A stretch of DNA of 64,000 nucleotides. Origin: Eledone cirrhosa (taxonomy: Eukaryota). The stretch covers positions 356,872,001-356,936,000 of the forward strand of contig OZ024740.1 of NCBI GenBank assembly GCA_964016885.1, read 5' to 3'. The stretch's first letter is position 1, and every line of letters begins with the position of its first letter. This document shows, piece by piece, positions 1-12,117 of this stretch. Under the pieces are notes generated by a model. It did not search any database, was not told the origin of the DNA, and saw only the letters and a program-made list of their open reading frames with translations. A program made the translations under genes and the position numbers.

Positions 1-679
1 ACATAATTTATGTACTAAACTTCGTAAACAAAAATAATTTCGTAAAAATAAATTATTTAAAATTTACCTCTTTTCAAATTGCACTTCCGGTATATCGTCG
101 CCACCACCACCACTTCAACTACCATATATATAGAAAGAGAGAGTGTGTGATGAGAGAGATAGAGAGATTATGATTTTCTACACGCTGACGCGTATGAGTG
201 TGTACATACATACATCTATATGTATAAGTATATAACTATTATGAGTATATAACTATAATCGCGCTAACACAAACTTATAAAAATACACCCTCACGGACAT
301 AATTCACACAAATACACATACATTCACACATACTTTCACACAAACATACATACATTCACACATACATTTACAAAACACACACACATAGTCATGATAGCTG
401 CGTTCGGTAAAATTGGAAATGGGGGTAAAACAAGTATAACGTTGTTTTTTTTATTTATTAACTCTTTATTTATTTATTAACTCTTTTTGTTTAAACTCAT
501 TTAATATAATGGTTACAGAACGAAAACACTAACAAATATGATATATACAAAGGAAAAAGAAATAAAAAAAAAAGAAAGAGAAAAAATACACAAGAACAAT
601 ATGCAGGCGAAAAAGTGGAAAAAGAGCCGCTATCAGAGCAAAAGATAGCAATATAGCGAGGAGCATTGGGAAACCTTTC

Positions 680-1100
680 TAATAATTTTTGAGGCAGGCC
701 AGCACTCTCGCGGCGTTACCTGGGGTGCTGGCGAAGCTGAGGTGCTGGAACAACCAAGTGCCCTCACGAGCATCACCAGTTACCTATGTTTGGCGAGCCG
801 CCAGTGAAGATAAGAATCTCGCTGTCAGTAGCCTGGCTCCCCTTAACGTCTCGAACGCCACAGGCTGGATAATGTAGTTAGCTGACAGATCACGGTATTT
901 TAAGATTTTGTTCCGTTCAGCTGCGGATGCTTTGCTCTCGCCCTTACCGCTGCATCCAGAATGTGGGAAGAAGCAAATGAGTCACTAACTGTGACGTCCC
1001 AGGTAAGGCACCTGCCTCTTGACCAGGAGCACAGAGCAAGACCGTCAAGTCTTTTCCCATCAATTCAGGACAACCAGGACGGTTCCAAAATTGAAGGATG
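680..1100 (-). mobile_element. CRE-clade-like non-LTR retrotransposon 3' fragment (restriction-like endonuclease domain), degenerate
   Basis: Manual minus-strand translation: HPSILEPSWLS*IDGKRLDGLALCSWSRGRCLTWDVTVSDSF, then a frameshift, then AAERNKILKYRDLSANYIIQPVAFETL...GDAREGTWLFQHLSFASTPGNAARVL. This fits the RPDG/WDVTV/K..KY/P.A.ET/QRGNA pattern of CRE-type RLE domains. Confidence 0.85.
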
Positions 1101-1289
1101 TTTGCTCTTGAGTGGTAATAGGACAGTGTGTGTATGTGCGCGCGCGTGAGTTTGTCGGCGTTCTTAAATTAGAGACATGTGTGTGCGTCACTGTTTTTAA
1201 GTTAGACATATATATGTGTGTATCCCTTTCCTTCCTTTTACACACACATACATTCACACAAACACACATACACATTGCGTGATGGACGG

Positions 1290-1755
1290 GTGGACAGAGG
1301 TCCCTCAAATTTATATACATGTGAATGGAGTTCTACTGAAGCAGTTAGAGAAGTTCAAGTATCTCGGGGCCGTGTTCATGAGTGATGGAATGCAGGAGGC
1401 TGAATTATGTGCAAGAATTGCAAAAGCTGATTCAGTAATGCGGCAGCCTCAGCATTCAGCAATCAGATGAAGGGGGTAGGTGTAAAAGCCAAACTCGCTG
1501 TCTTCCTGGTATTCCTGCCAACTCTTACCGAGGATCATGAATCTTGAGTAATGATCAAAAGAATACAATTGCAAATAAAAGTGACAGAAATGGGATTCCT
1601 CCGAAGGGTCTTTGGAGTAACGTTACTCGATAAAGTGCATAACTCAGAGACCAGAGAGTCACTCCTGGTAGAGCCGCTACTTCTCCGAATTGAGAGACCC
1701 CAACTCCGATATTATGAGCATGTGGTTAGAATGTCTAAGTAAAGAATCGCTGGAC
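1290..1755 (+). mobile_element. RTE-clade LINE RT C-terminal fragment
   Basis: ORFs 1216-1470 and 1551-1742 contain LEKFKYLG...ELCARIAKA and EMGFLRRVFGVTLLDKVHNSETRESL.VEPLLLRIER.QLRYYEHVVRM. Confidence 0.85.
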
Positions 1756-1761
1756 ATATAA

Positions 1762-2552
1762 TAAATAATTATTGTGAGTAAACTGGTGGGTAATGTGATT
1801 ATTGTGGGTAGTGGTAGGTAAAATGATTATTGTGGGTAGTGGTAGGTAAAATGATTATTGTGGGTAAAATGGTGGGTAAAATAATTATTTTGGGTAAGGT
1901 GGTGGGTAAAATAATTATTGCGGGTAAACGGGTAGGTAAAATAATTGTTGAAGGTAAAATGGTAGGTAAAATAATTATTTGGGTAAAATAATTATTGTGG
2001 GTAATATGGTGGGTAAAATGATTATTGTGGGCAAATTGTGGGTAAAATGATTATTGTGGGTAAAATAATTATTGTGGGTACATTAGTGAGTAAAATTATT
2101 ATTGTGGGTAATCTGTTAGGTAAAATAATTATATGTGGGTAAAGCGGATCCCCCCCTCAATAAAAAACGGATCCCCCCAAATAAAAAAGCCCTCTCCCAA
2201 TAAAAAAAACGGACCGCCCCACTAATAAAAAGCGGATCCTCCCTTATTAAAAACGGATCCCCCGAAATAAAAAACGGACCCCCCCCCCCATAACAAACGG
2301 ACCCCCCAAATAAAAAAACGAATACACCCAAAATAAAAAACGGATCCCCAAATAAAAAACGGTTCCCCCCAAATAAAAAACGGACCCCCCCCCATACAAA
2401 ACGGTCCCCCCCAAAAAAAAATAAAATAAAAAAGGATTATTGTGTGGGTAAAATGATTAGTGTGGGTAAAATGGTTGGTAAAATAATAATGGTGGGTAAA
2501 GTGGTAGATAAAATAGTAATTGTGGGTAAAATGGTGGGTAAAATGATTATTG
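1762..2552. repeat. Compound minisatellite: ~17-30 bp AAAATGATTATTGTGGGT(AAAATGGTGGGT) array interrupted by a ~20-bp AAATAAAAAACGGATCCCCC array (2144-2430)
   Basis: Tandem units read directly from the sequence. Confidence 0.9.
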
Positions 2553-2558
2553 TTGTAT

Positions 2559-2929
2559 TGTTGTATTGTATGTCTACGCCATAATTTCCTTCAAAATATA
2601 CACAACAAACAATGATGGCGTAGACATACAATACAACAGGAGGAAACATAATAGCACCACTGACGTTGTTGCAGATGTGCAAGGAAAGAACTTTGTTAGA
2701 CTATATATATATGTTTGTGTCTATATTATATCTGTATTTTTGACCGTTGGTCAGTCAATGATAAACATTGAGGACCGAATAAATAAAATTATCTGATATA
2801 AAAGATACAGAAGCGAAAACCAACCAGTGTGTTCTGTTATTAATTCTGGCAATATTATTACAACAATATGACCCTGCCTAAGTATAACAATATTTGTTTC
2901 GACAGGATTTCTTATCAAAAACATCGCAA

Positions 2930-2933
<4 letters not shown>
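2559..2933 (+). mobile_element. Penelope-like terminal repeat (family A) with a short 5' fold-back and a mutated hammerhead core
   Basis: Near-identical to 56503-56795 and to the reverse of 36190-36480. Ends in TGACCCTGCCTAAGTATAACAATA close to (TA)n. Core reads CTGACGT...GAAA at 2660-2687. Confidence 0.8.
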
Positions 2934-2988
<55 letters not shown>

Positions 2989-2992
<4 letters not shown>

Positions 2993-3621
2993 AAAAAATG
3001 GGGAGAAGAATATTGCAGGTTGCACATGGATAACATGTTATAAAATGAGTCCCTCATCAGTGATTTGCCAACGATCATAGATATTTCATTGCATTAAAAA
3101 TCATATATCTCACGTTGGTGCAATAATAACTAAATTAAGTTATTAGGACAATTAAAACGCGTAAAGCGAGTGAGACAAGTAAACAACAAAGAGGAAAGCT
3201 AACCGTAGATAGGAAGGGTACAAGCTACATAGTTATTCTGTCAGCATAAGCTGGGTGAATATATGAGCGCGTAGAAAAAAGACCTTTCGAGATGAATCCA
3301 AATGTAAGAAAGAAGGAAATTGTTTTCGTCGCGAACGGGGTGAAGTGAGAAGGGGAGAAACAGTGAGTGAGTGAGTAGAAGTGTGAGGAAGAGGTCAGTA
3401 GAGAGAAAGTGTTAACTGACATGACAGAGGGGGCGAAAGAAAGTAAGAGAAACAGAGAGAGAACGAGGGAGCAGTAAGAGAGAGAGAGAAAAACAGAATC
3501 GCAGTTTAGGTAAATATATGTGAAAAAATGGGAAGAAGAATACTGCAGGTTGCACATGGATAACATGTTATAAAATGAGTCCCTCATCAGTGATTTGCCA
3601 ACGATCATAGATATTTCATTG

Positions 3622-3625
<4 letters not shown>
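2989..3625 (-). repeat. ~530-bp unit present as a 1.2-mer (direct repeats 2989-3094 and 3520-3623), flanked by (TA)n
   Basis: The terminal ~105 bp is duplicated. It is the reverse-complement homologue of the tandem array at 45200-46222. Confidence 0.85.
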
Positions 3626-3683
<58 letters not shown>

Positions 3684-3904
3684 AGAAGTTCTATTTAAAT
3701 TGTTGGGATACAACAAGCAAATATTTTTATAACTGATATAAAGCACTCAACAAATTATTGGAGTAAAAATACGATATATTAACACTGGTTCAAATTCATT
3801 TTCCATTCACGAGTATTTTCCATTCACGCTTTACTCATCCAAAAATATTTATTTTTTCACTTCATTTTAAAAGTTATGCTAATACAACAACCTATCATTT
3901 AGGG

Positions 3905-4110
3905 CTTTCTCTTTCTCGTTCGCTTTCTCTTTTCTCTTTTCTTTTTTCTTCTCTATCTCTCTTTCTCTTTTTCTTGTTTTCTTATTTTCCTTTTAAAGGT
4001 GCTTCTTTTTTTTTTCTTTTTTCTTTTTCCTTTTTTCTTTTTTCTTTTTTCTTTTTTCTTTTTTCTTTTTTCTTTTTTCTTTTTTCTTTTTTTCTGTTTC
4101 CCTCTCTCCA
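3905..4110. repeat. Polypyrimidine (TTTTC)n low-complexity tract
   Basis: Read directly from the sequence. Confidence 0.9.
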
Positions 4111-4230
4111 TACCCCAACAGGTTATTTTAAATCTACTGTGATTTTAAAATATCCGACACGAATTTGCATAAAAGTATAAATAAATTTATAACCCCACTA
4201 TCCAGGAGCTACCGACAGAAATGGTCGCAT

Positions 4231-4410
4231 TTTGGCAGTATCGGTAGAGGGTTGGATTATGCTTTCCAGCATAGTTACGTCCCTTTACGATCTGAATTCA
4301 ATTCCCGCCGAGGTTAACTTTGCTTTCATCCTTACGGGGTCGATAAAATAAAGCACCAGTAATGCACTGGGATAATTGATGGCCTTGTGCCAAAAGTAGA
4401 AACAATTATT
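4231..4410 (+). mobile_element. tRNA-derived SINE (family 1)
   Basis: A box TGGCAGTATCGG, B-box-like GAATTCAATTCCC, central GCTTTCATCCTTACGGGGTCGATAAAATAAAG, tail GGCCTTGTGCCAAAAGTAGAAACAATTATT. Confidence 0.9.
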
Positions 4411-4452
4411 TAAGGGTATGTCAATATTTATTTATAAAACTGATCTATATTA

Positions 4453-4517
4453 TATTTTATCTGATGAAAGCACACCATAATTTAACTTGGTGTCCTTGAA
4501 ATATGTATAATGAAATA
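4453..4517 (+). ncRNA. Minimal type I hammerhead ribozyme
   Basis: TATTTTAT-CTGATGA-AAGCACACCA..TGGTGTCCTT-GAAA-TATGTA-TA-ATGAAATA. Stems I and II pair and the core is intact. Confidence 0.8.
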
Positions 4518-4627
4518 AATATGGTTTTATAAATATAGTTTCCATTTGTTAATATATCGTATTATATATATATATATATATATTACGATATATTAACAAA
4601 TGGAAACTATATTTATAAAACCATATT

Positions 4628-4692
4628 TATTTCATTATACATATTTCAAGGACACCAAGTTAAATTATGGTGTGCTTTCATCAGATAAAGTA
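4628..4692 (-). ncRNA. Minimal type I hammerhead ribozyme (mirror copy)
   Basis: Reverse complement of 4453-4517 in the right palindrome arm. Confidence 0.78.
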
Positions 4693-4797
4693 TAATATAG
4701 ATCAGTTTTATAAATAAATATTGACATACCCTTAAATAATGCGACCATTTCTGTTGGAAGCTCCCGGATAGTGGGGTTATAAATTTATTTTTAATAT

Positions 4798-5180
<383 letters not shown>

Positions 5181-5781
5181 AAAATGCATATACAAACACT
5201 CTCGAGATCATTCTAAATCTCTTGAGTGAAAAGATTTCTTATATTGATATATTCTTCTCTGTCAGAAATCAATATAAGTGTTATATTTAACTGAAGCACC
5301 CAAGCCAGAAGCAAAGTAAATTCAATGAGAAAATACGTAAAGGATTCGTGAATTGTTTTCATACTTCCAAATTCAAATACTGCTATTACCCTGTCGTACT
5401 GTATACCACACCATCATTAAATGTCCCGCAGTATTTGATTTAATTAAATTCACTATTTCGACAGAGTATCATGAAATGTTATTAATGTACGTTATAAATA
5501 AATCTTATATACTACATCAGAACAAGACCAGTAGCTTTCATATATACCTGAAAATAATGTTTCTGCAATTTATTTATTTAGTAATCACTGTTCTTTTATA
5601 TATATATAACTGTGTATAACGTTTATGAGCATAGGATCGTCTGAATACCTTTTCTTAAGATATTATAAAGTGACGATACACTTTCAACCGCAAGTATATA
5701 TACTTGTTACAAGTGACAAGTAAATCAAAACTGGAGATATTTGCAATAAATTTGCGTACATAATATTATGTAGACGTTTTG

Positions 5782-5998
5782 AAGGGGGATGAATTGGTTG
5801 AATTGCTAGAGTGTCGGGATAATGTCCTTGAGATATTTTTACTGTCTCTTTCCATTCTGATTTAAAATTACGTCAAATTCAATTTTTTCGTTCATTCATA
5901 CGGAGTCGATGAAATAAAGTCACGTACAGAGAATCAAGTAATCAGCTTTACAATTTTCCCAAATTTGCTGACCTTGTGCCTAAGTTAGAAATCAATTA
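5782..5998 (+). mobile_element. Old degenerate SINE (family 1-related)
   Basis: TTCATTCATACGGAGTCGATGAAATAAAG core and GCTGACCTTGTGCCTAAGTTAGAAATCAATT tail. Confidence 0.65.
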
Positions 5999-6861
5999 TC
6001 AAGACATTTACGATATTATGTTGGTTGGATACAGAATTTCGATTTCAGAAAAAGAAACTGCAGGATAACATGATTCACTGTCATATTATACATTCAAAAT
6101 AAGAAAACATGGCAGCAAATGCCAAACCCATGTAAATATGCCTCGAGGGGTTTGTCGTATTAACTTTATATTTAATAAATCTGTCAACTGTATGTACCAC
6201 AAGTGATTGCAATATTTGACGATGTTTCGTTCTCATATAGGCATTCCAAATACTAAACATTTTAAAGTTCCTGTCACTTTTAAAATGTAAAGAATTCTAC
6301 TGCTAGATTCCATGGTGGAGTAGCTAGTCACATCGATGTCAGTACTGATTCCAGTCTGCTCTTTATGTTATCGATGTTCATTTATAGTTCTTTTAAATTA
6401 AAGGAGATAGAGAGACACAACATAAACAACGCCAAATATTAGAGTGGTATAAGCTTAAAAAGAGATACATAAACAGGCAGAGATACATACCCACACTTCC
6501 CGGCACTCGTCACACCAAACCTTATCTACCACATACCAGCTCGCTGTTTGGCAGACATCGCCTAGCAACCCTCTTTCCACCACTTTCCTGCCTGTTGCTT
6601 TTCACAATTACCTCCTTGCATCACCAATGTCGATTCGCTCCGAGAAAAGTAACGTTATTATTGCATGGGGAAGATGTTGTGCTTCGTAAGCTATTGAGGC
6701 GGTAGATGGTTTACGACAGGAGAAATGCCATACTGCACATGACCCCCCGAGGCAGACGTGGACCCCTCACTAGAAATGAAGTTAACCCATTTAGAAGGAC
6801 AGTGACCCGATTAAGAAGGATTGCATTCGATAGACGTGGACTCCGTAAGCCATGATGACGG

Positions 6862-7110
6862 CAACCCGTCTAGGAGGCCAACTTTGACTTTTATCCTTAC
6901 GAAGTCGATAAAAAAGTACGAGTTCAATACTCGGCTCAATTCTTCTTCTATATCTCTTTTTCACTTACTCTCTATCATTCTCAGTCACTCTTTCTCTGGA
7001 GGAAATTTGCTGTTATGACTTGAAGAGGAGTCGTGCTTTAGCGTGCTTAAAATGCCATAGAATCGCCATATGTCGACGCCTCTACGACTTCACCAGGAGT
7101 TACAGGTTAA
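6862..7110 (+). mobile_element. SINE family 2 (shared core, distinct tail); copies also at 18238-18565 (+) and 60245-60528 (-)
   Basis: The shared core is followed by TTCTTCTATATCT...TCTCTGGA.GAAAT.TGCTG...CTACGACT....AGGAGTTAC in all three places. Confidence 0.7.
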
Positions 7111-7904
7111 GATAGTTTAAGCAGAGTCTTTGCTTTAAGCCGGAAAGAGTGAAAGCAAAAATTCTCCAATTAAAGTATTCATATATGTATATTTTACTTA
7201 CATACAAATATATATGTGTGTATGTGTGTGTGTGTGTGTTTCTGTGTGTGTGTATGCATGTATGTATGTATGCATATATGTGAAATTTCACTTGATTACC
7301 ATTGGAAATCTCAATAAGTGTAGTTTTGAATCATTTATCTGATCTGCTAACTGCAGATGTTGATTAACATTTTTGTGTTCTTGCTACTTCATTAGACAAT
7401 GTCTGAGCTGAAAGCCATGCTTTGACAACCTATTTTACATACGACGTCTGGTGACATAAAATACTTCTAGCTTGGATTTCTCCACCAATATAAAGATTTT
7501 TATATAAAAAAAAAAGAAGTAATCTACAGGTTGTTGGAAATGTCTAAAATGACTGAATGAATGTTGTATTCGAATACTAAATAATAGTGATTGCGTCTTT
7601 GAAGAGCAACCCGGTCATCAATTTTGCCATCACGTGTTTCCGAATTCTAACCAACTGAGCGATACTTGAGGAAGAATCTACCACAAAGCTTCGGATCAGC
7701 AGAAGACTTATGAGTGAGATTGTATAAAAAGACACTGCACGGAAGCTCATCGATATACTGTGCCGGTTCCTTGGTCTTAAAAATAATCCTTCTTCTGGTT
7801 TAACAGAAACACCTGCTTGGGTATAACCGGATATCTTGATGCTCGGTTTCCTACTTCAGTAGACTATATATCGGGGTTTCTTCCACCCATTCTGTAACTA
7901 GTCA

Positions 7905-7982
7905 CAGATTACTGATGTTATCATCCCAAGAGACGACAGCTTACTATTGAAAGATATTGAAAAACTAATGAAATATAAACGG
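7905..7982 (+). mobile_element. Short R4/Dong-like RLE fragment
   Basis: Reads ITDVIIPRDDSLLLKDIEKLMKYK (D..IP.D......EK..KY motif). Confidence 0.5.
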
Positions 7983-8429
7983 AAAAAATGAAACGAAATT
8001 TCATTTCCCACTCTTAGTACGGCTGTTACTTAAATATAAGTATGTACACGTACATACATATATGTATACAGACGTACAGTAGTATGTATATATATACATA
8101 CATGCACACATATATATATATGTACGTACGGATTCACCGAACATTTATTATAAAGCTCGGTGTGTTTGTAAACAAACATCCCGTATTAAGCCATAGTGTC
8201 TAGCAACCATCGTTGCTCGTTTGTTCAACACTGACAAAGGAACGCTGTACTAGTTTCAAGCTTATTAGCTATCGTCAGCAACGTATACCTTCCTGCCAGA
8301 TTGTTGAACGTCTGAAAGTATATACTTTCCTTATGCATATTAACAGCTGAGTTGCCCAATTTGAAGAAGAGACTGACTAATACATAGTTACAATAAAATA
8401 TACAAGATCGAAATTGTATGAGTGGATAA

Positions 8430-8451
8430 TCTATATATATAAAACTGAGAT

Positions 8452-8519
<68 letters not shown>

Positions 8520-8923
8520 TGCGAGAAGTACCCAACCGATGTTTTTCAAACGTTACATGTGTATTACTTATGTTTCAGGGAGTGTCATGCACATACCTGT
8601 TAATCCCCTAGGGCCTGCATTTAGGTGAACAACTTCAAGTTTTTAGCTTTTTAGGGGTTTCGTCTAGCCGATTTTCCCGAAATTTCAAGGCATATTATGC
8701 ACATAAAAAAATCATTTTCTTGATCCCCTAGGGCCCGCATTAGGTGAAAACCTGCATTTTTCCTGCTTCATCGAGGAAAATCTTAAAGATTATCCAGCCA
8801 TCAGAGTATTCGGGTTATTTTCTTTACATATTGTCCAGGCATGCAGTTTTTCCACGATTAGGTCTGTTGGCGGCCCGCGTTCCAAAATACCTTATCCAGT
8901 GCAACGCCGGATACCACTGCTAG
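8430..8923 (+). mobile_element. Non-autonomous Helitron
   Basis: Starts TCTATATATATAAAACTGAG, ends GTGCAACGCCGGATACCACTGCTAG, and sits between A and T without a TSD. Homologous copy at 54708-55347. Confidence 0.85.
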
Positions 8924-8977
8924 TACCAAGTAAACCTGCAATCGCCACGGGTGCCGCTACTCATCGTCTATCTAAAC

Positions 8978-9145
8978 CAGTGGTTTCTAAAGTAGGTTCT
9001 GCAAAGGAGTGTATGGGGTGCAATGAAAAAAGGCAGAGGAGTATGTTTATATTAAAACCATATAACACTGTTAGACTTTGGGGATCCCCCAAAAGTTTGT
9101 GAACCAAAAAAGGGTTCCTCGTTTGAAAAAGTATGAAAAACTATG
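8978..9145. mobile_element. hAT/Charlie-type non-autonomous element
   Basis: Ends CAGTGGTTTCTAAA / TATGAAAAACTATG, with degenerate 8-bp flanks ATCTAAAC / CTCTACAC (NTCTARAN-type target). Confidence 0.6.
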
Positions 9146-9858
9146 CTCTACACCATGAGAAAAAAAAGCTAAAAAATACACATTATGCAAACTAGATAGA
9201 CCATTTTAGATAATTTCTAGCATATATTTGATATGAAATTAATTCTGTCTAGTATTTGATTCCATCGGGTTTCCTTTTTTTCCCAGCAGTACCTTTTTGT
9301 TTCACGGTACATTCAAAACCTGAATGTTTATACAAAACAAATATCTATTGCAATATTTATTTGTGTTGTAGTATCTTGAATACACTATTCTAAATATGTC
9401 TTTAATTGCGCTGGTTAAACTAAATTTATATATAGCTTAATTAGTTTGTAAACAAAACACAATTAAATCAGATTATAAACAAACCATACTCATCAGTTTT
9501 CATCGAGTGAGAGACTAAATGTAGAATGAACTAAAGATAAAGTATGAGATTTAAAAAAGCAAACAAAGCCACACATACAAACACACATATATACACACAT
9601 ACAGACATGTATTTACGAGTGTTTGTGTAAATATGAACGAGAAAATGTTTGTGCATGAATGCTGTGGTTATTTTGTGTTAATGCGTGGGCGCGGGCATCA
9701 CTTATATCAATACATTTGATTTTGCATGTATGTGTCTGTATATAGTAACATAATTGCAATGTAAATGCGTGTTTCTGGTAAAATAATATGTTGTGGAGAA
9801 TGCTTTCGAAACATCATTAATGAGTATCAGAGGCTTTCGCATTAATGTAATTTATTTA

Positions 9859-11058
9859 AATAATTGTTTCTACTTTTGGAACAAGGCCAGCAATTATCCC
9901 AGTACATTACTGGTACTTTATTTTATCGACCCCGTAAGGATGAAGGGCAAAGTAAACCTCGGTGGGATTTGCACTCAGAACGTAAAGGGACGTAACTCTG
10001 TGCTGCAAAGCATGGTGTCTGACGCTCTACTGAGACTGCCAGATGATGATAATAATAATAATTGTTTCTACTTTTGGCACAAGGCCTGCAATTATCCCAG
10101 TGCATTAATGGTACTTTATTTTATCCACCCCTTAAGGATGAAAGGCAAAGTTAACCTCGGCGGGATTTGAACTACGACCGTGAAGGCCGTAACTCTATGC
10201 TGCAAAGCATGGTGACTGACGCTCTACTGATACTGCCAATCCACCGCACTGTGATGATAATAATGATAATAATATTTCTACTTTTGGCACAACGCCAGCA
10301 ATTACCCCAGTACATTACTGGTACTTTATTTTATCGACCCCGTAGGATGGAAGTCAATGCTAACCCCGGCGGGATTCGAACTCAATAATAATAATATTGA
10401 TAATAGTTTTTTGTTCACACACAAAGCCAGCAATTTTGGGGACAGGAAAGGTGGATTAAATCGACTCCAATGCATCACTGGTACTTTATTTTATTACCCC
10501 GGAAGGGTGAAAGGCAAAGCTAACCTCTGCGGGATTTGAACTCAGTCAATAAAACAAAGTACCAGTAATGCACTGGAGTCGATTTAATCGACTTTCCCCT
10601 CCCCTTCAAATTGCTGGCCTTGTGCCTTGAGTAGAAACAATTATTATTGACTTTGGCAGTAATTGGAAGAGAGTCGGACACCATGTATTACGGCATAGTT
10701 ATGTCCCCTTATGTCCTGAGTTCCAATCCCACCGACGTTAAATTTGCCTTTCATCCTTAAGGGGTCGATAAAATAAAGCACCAGTAATTGACTGGGGTCG
10801 ATTTAACCCTCCCTCCTCTAAAATTATAGTCCTTGTGCCTGTACTAGAAATCATTATTATTGAGGGCGGTGAATTGGCAGTATCGGTAGAGGGTTGGACG
10901 CCATGCTTTCTAGCATAGTTACGTCCCTTTACAGTCTGAGTTCAAATCCCGCCGAGGTTACCTTTGCCTTTCATCCTTACGGGGTCGATAAAATAAAGTA
11001 CCAGTAATGTACTGGGAAATTGCTGGCCTTGTGCCTAAAGTAGAAACAATTATTATTG
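9859..11058. mobile_element. Cluster of seven family-1 SINEs: four minus (9859-10045, 10058-10247, 10270-10384, 10400-10545) then three plus (10550-10648, 10653-10860, 10864-11058)
   Basis: Repeated SINE core and tail motifs, separated by (AAT)n/(ATT)n tails. Confidence 0.9.
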
Positions 11059-11177
11059 ACTATTTGAGACGTGTTTTCACCATTTTCGTAATTGATGAAA
11101 CTTTAAATTCTGTCCTTTTAAAGATTTAATACTTGTTGATATGTTCTAGCAGATTGTTACTATTGTTAATTTATATT

Positions 11178-11392
11178 TCTGATTTAGGCACACGCCCCAC
11201 AATTTTGAGGGAGGGGAAAGTCGATTAACTCGACCCCAGTGCATAACAGGTACTCTAGTTTATCGACCCTCGTAAGGATGAAAGGCAAAGCTAACATCGG
11301 CAGGATTTGAACTCAGATCGTAAAGGGGCGTAACCCTTTGCCATAAGACATGTTGTCCGGTGCTCTACCGATACTGCCAATCCACCGCCCTT
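11178..11392 (-). mobile_element. SINE family 1 with TSD TGTTAATTTATATT
   Basis: Full head, core and tail; TSD at ~11164 and ~11395. Confidence 0.9.
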
Positions 11393-11929
11393 GGTGTTAA
11401 TTTATATTAAAAGATGTTGGCGTGTCATTACCTCCTGGTTAAAACAATGCCTGTCACTTCAGCAGTCGCCAAAATTGCAACAGGCATCACTAGCAACAGC
11501 AATAACCGAAACACGTGAAGGCAAACTGTCAGTGAACAAGAAAGCATCACTAACAACGTATTAGGTGACACTAACAGCAACAACCCCCATCAATAACAAA
11601 TAATCTATCAATACACAAGAATCCCTCACCACCACCATCACACTACGCATGTCACTAAAACAACAACAAAGACATAACTATTAAGAAAACGAAATAATGC
11701 TACGTAAAAAAGTACTACGAGCATAACATTTCAGGAATACAACAGCAACAACAACAACAAAGATTAGAAAGACAACATCGATAAAGAAAATGAATTCAAT
11801 AAAATCAATAGTAACACTGAAAGGGAATGAGCAGTAATGAACATGGTAACAGAAGCCACAAACAGGGAGTACCATGAAAAAAGGGCCACAAAACGGGGAG
11901 AAATGAGGAAAAATGGGCGGGGGGTACAT

Positions 11930-12117
11930 AATTGTTTCTACTTTTGGCACAAGGCCAGCAATTACCCAGTGCATTACTGGTACTTTATTTTATAGACCCT
12001 GTAAGGATGAAAGGCAAAGTCAACCTCGGCGGGATTTGAACTCAGATCGTAAAGGGACGTAACTATGCTGGAAAGCATGGCGTCCGACCCTCTACCGATA
12101 CTGCCAATCCACCGCCC
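11930..12117 (-). mobile_element. SINE family 1 with TSD GGGGGTACATAAT, inserted into an older repeat also seen at 21425-21585
   Basis: Full-length SINE. The rejoined flanks match the uninterrupted copy (GTACCATGAAAAA...GGGAGAAATG...ATTTTCACAAGAGAAGA). Confidence 0.88.

Larger units (their letters stand above)
4182..4789. repeat. Palindrome (~205-bp arms) centred on (TA)n at ~4572; the left arm is interrupted by a SINE
   Basis: 4182-4231 plus 4408-4563 is the reverse complement of 4582-4789. Confidence 0.92.

Noticed and set aside
9859-11058. Regularly recurring motifs as a CRISPR-like array
   Set aside because: They are ~190-bp SINE copies in mixed orientation, with no constant repeat-spacer period and no cas genes, in a eukaryotic context.
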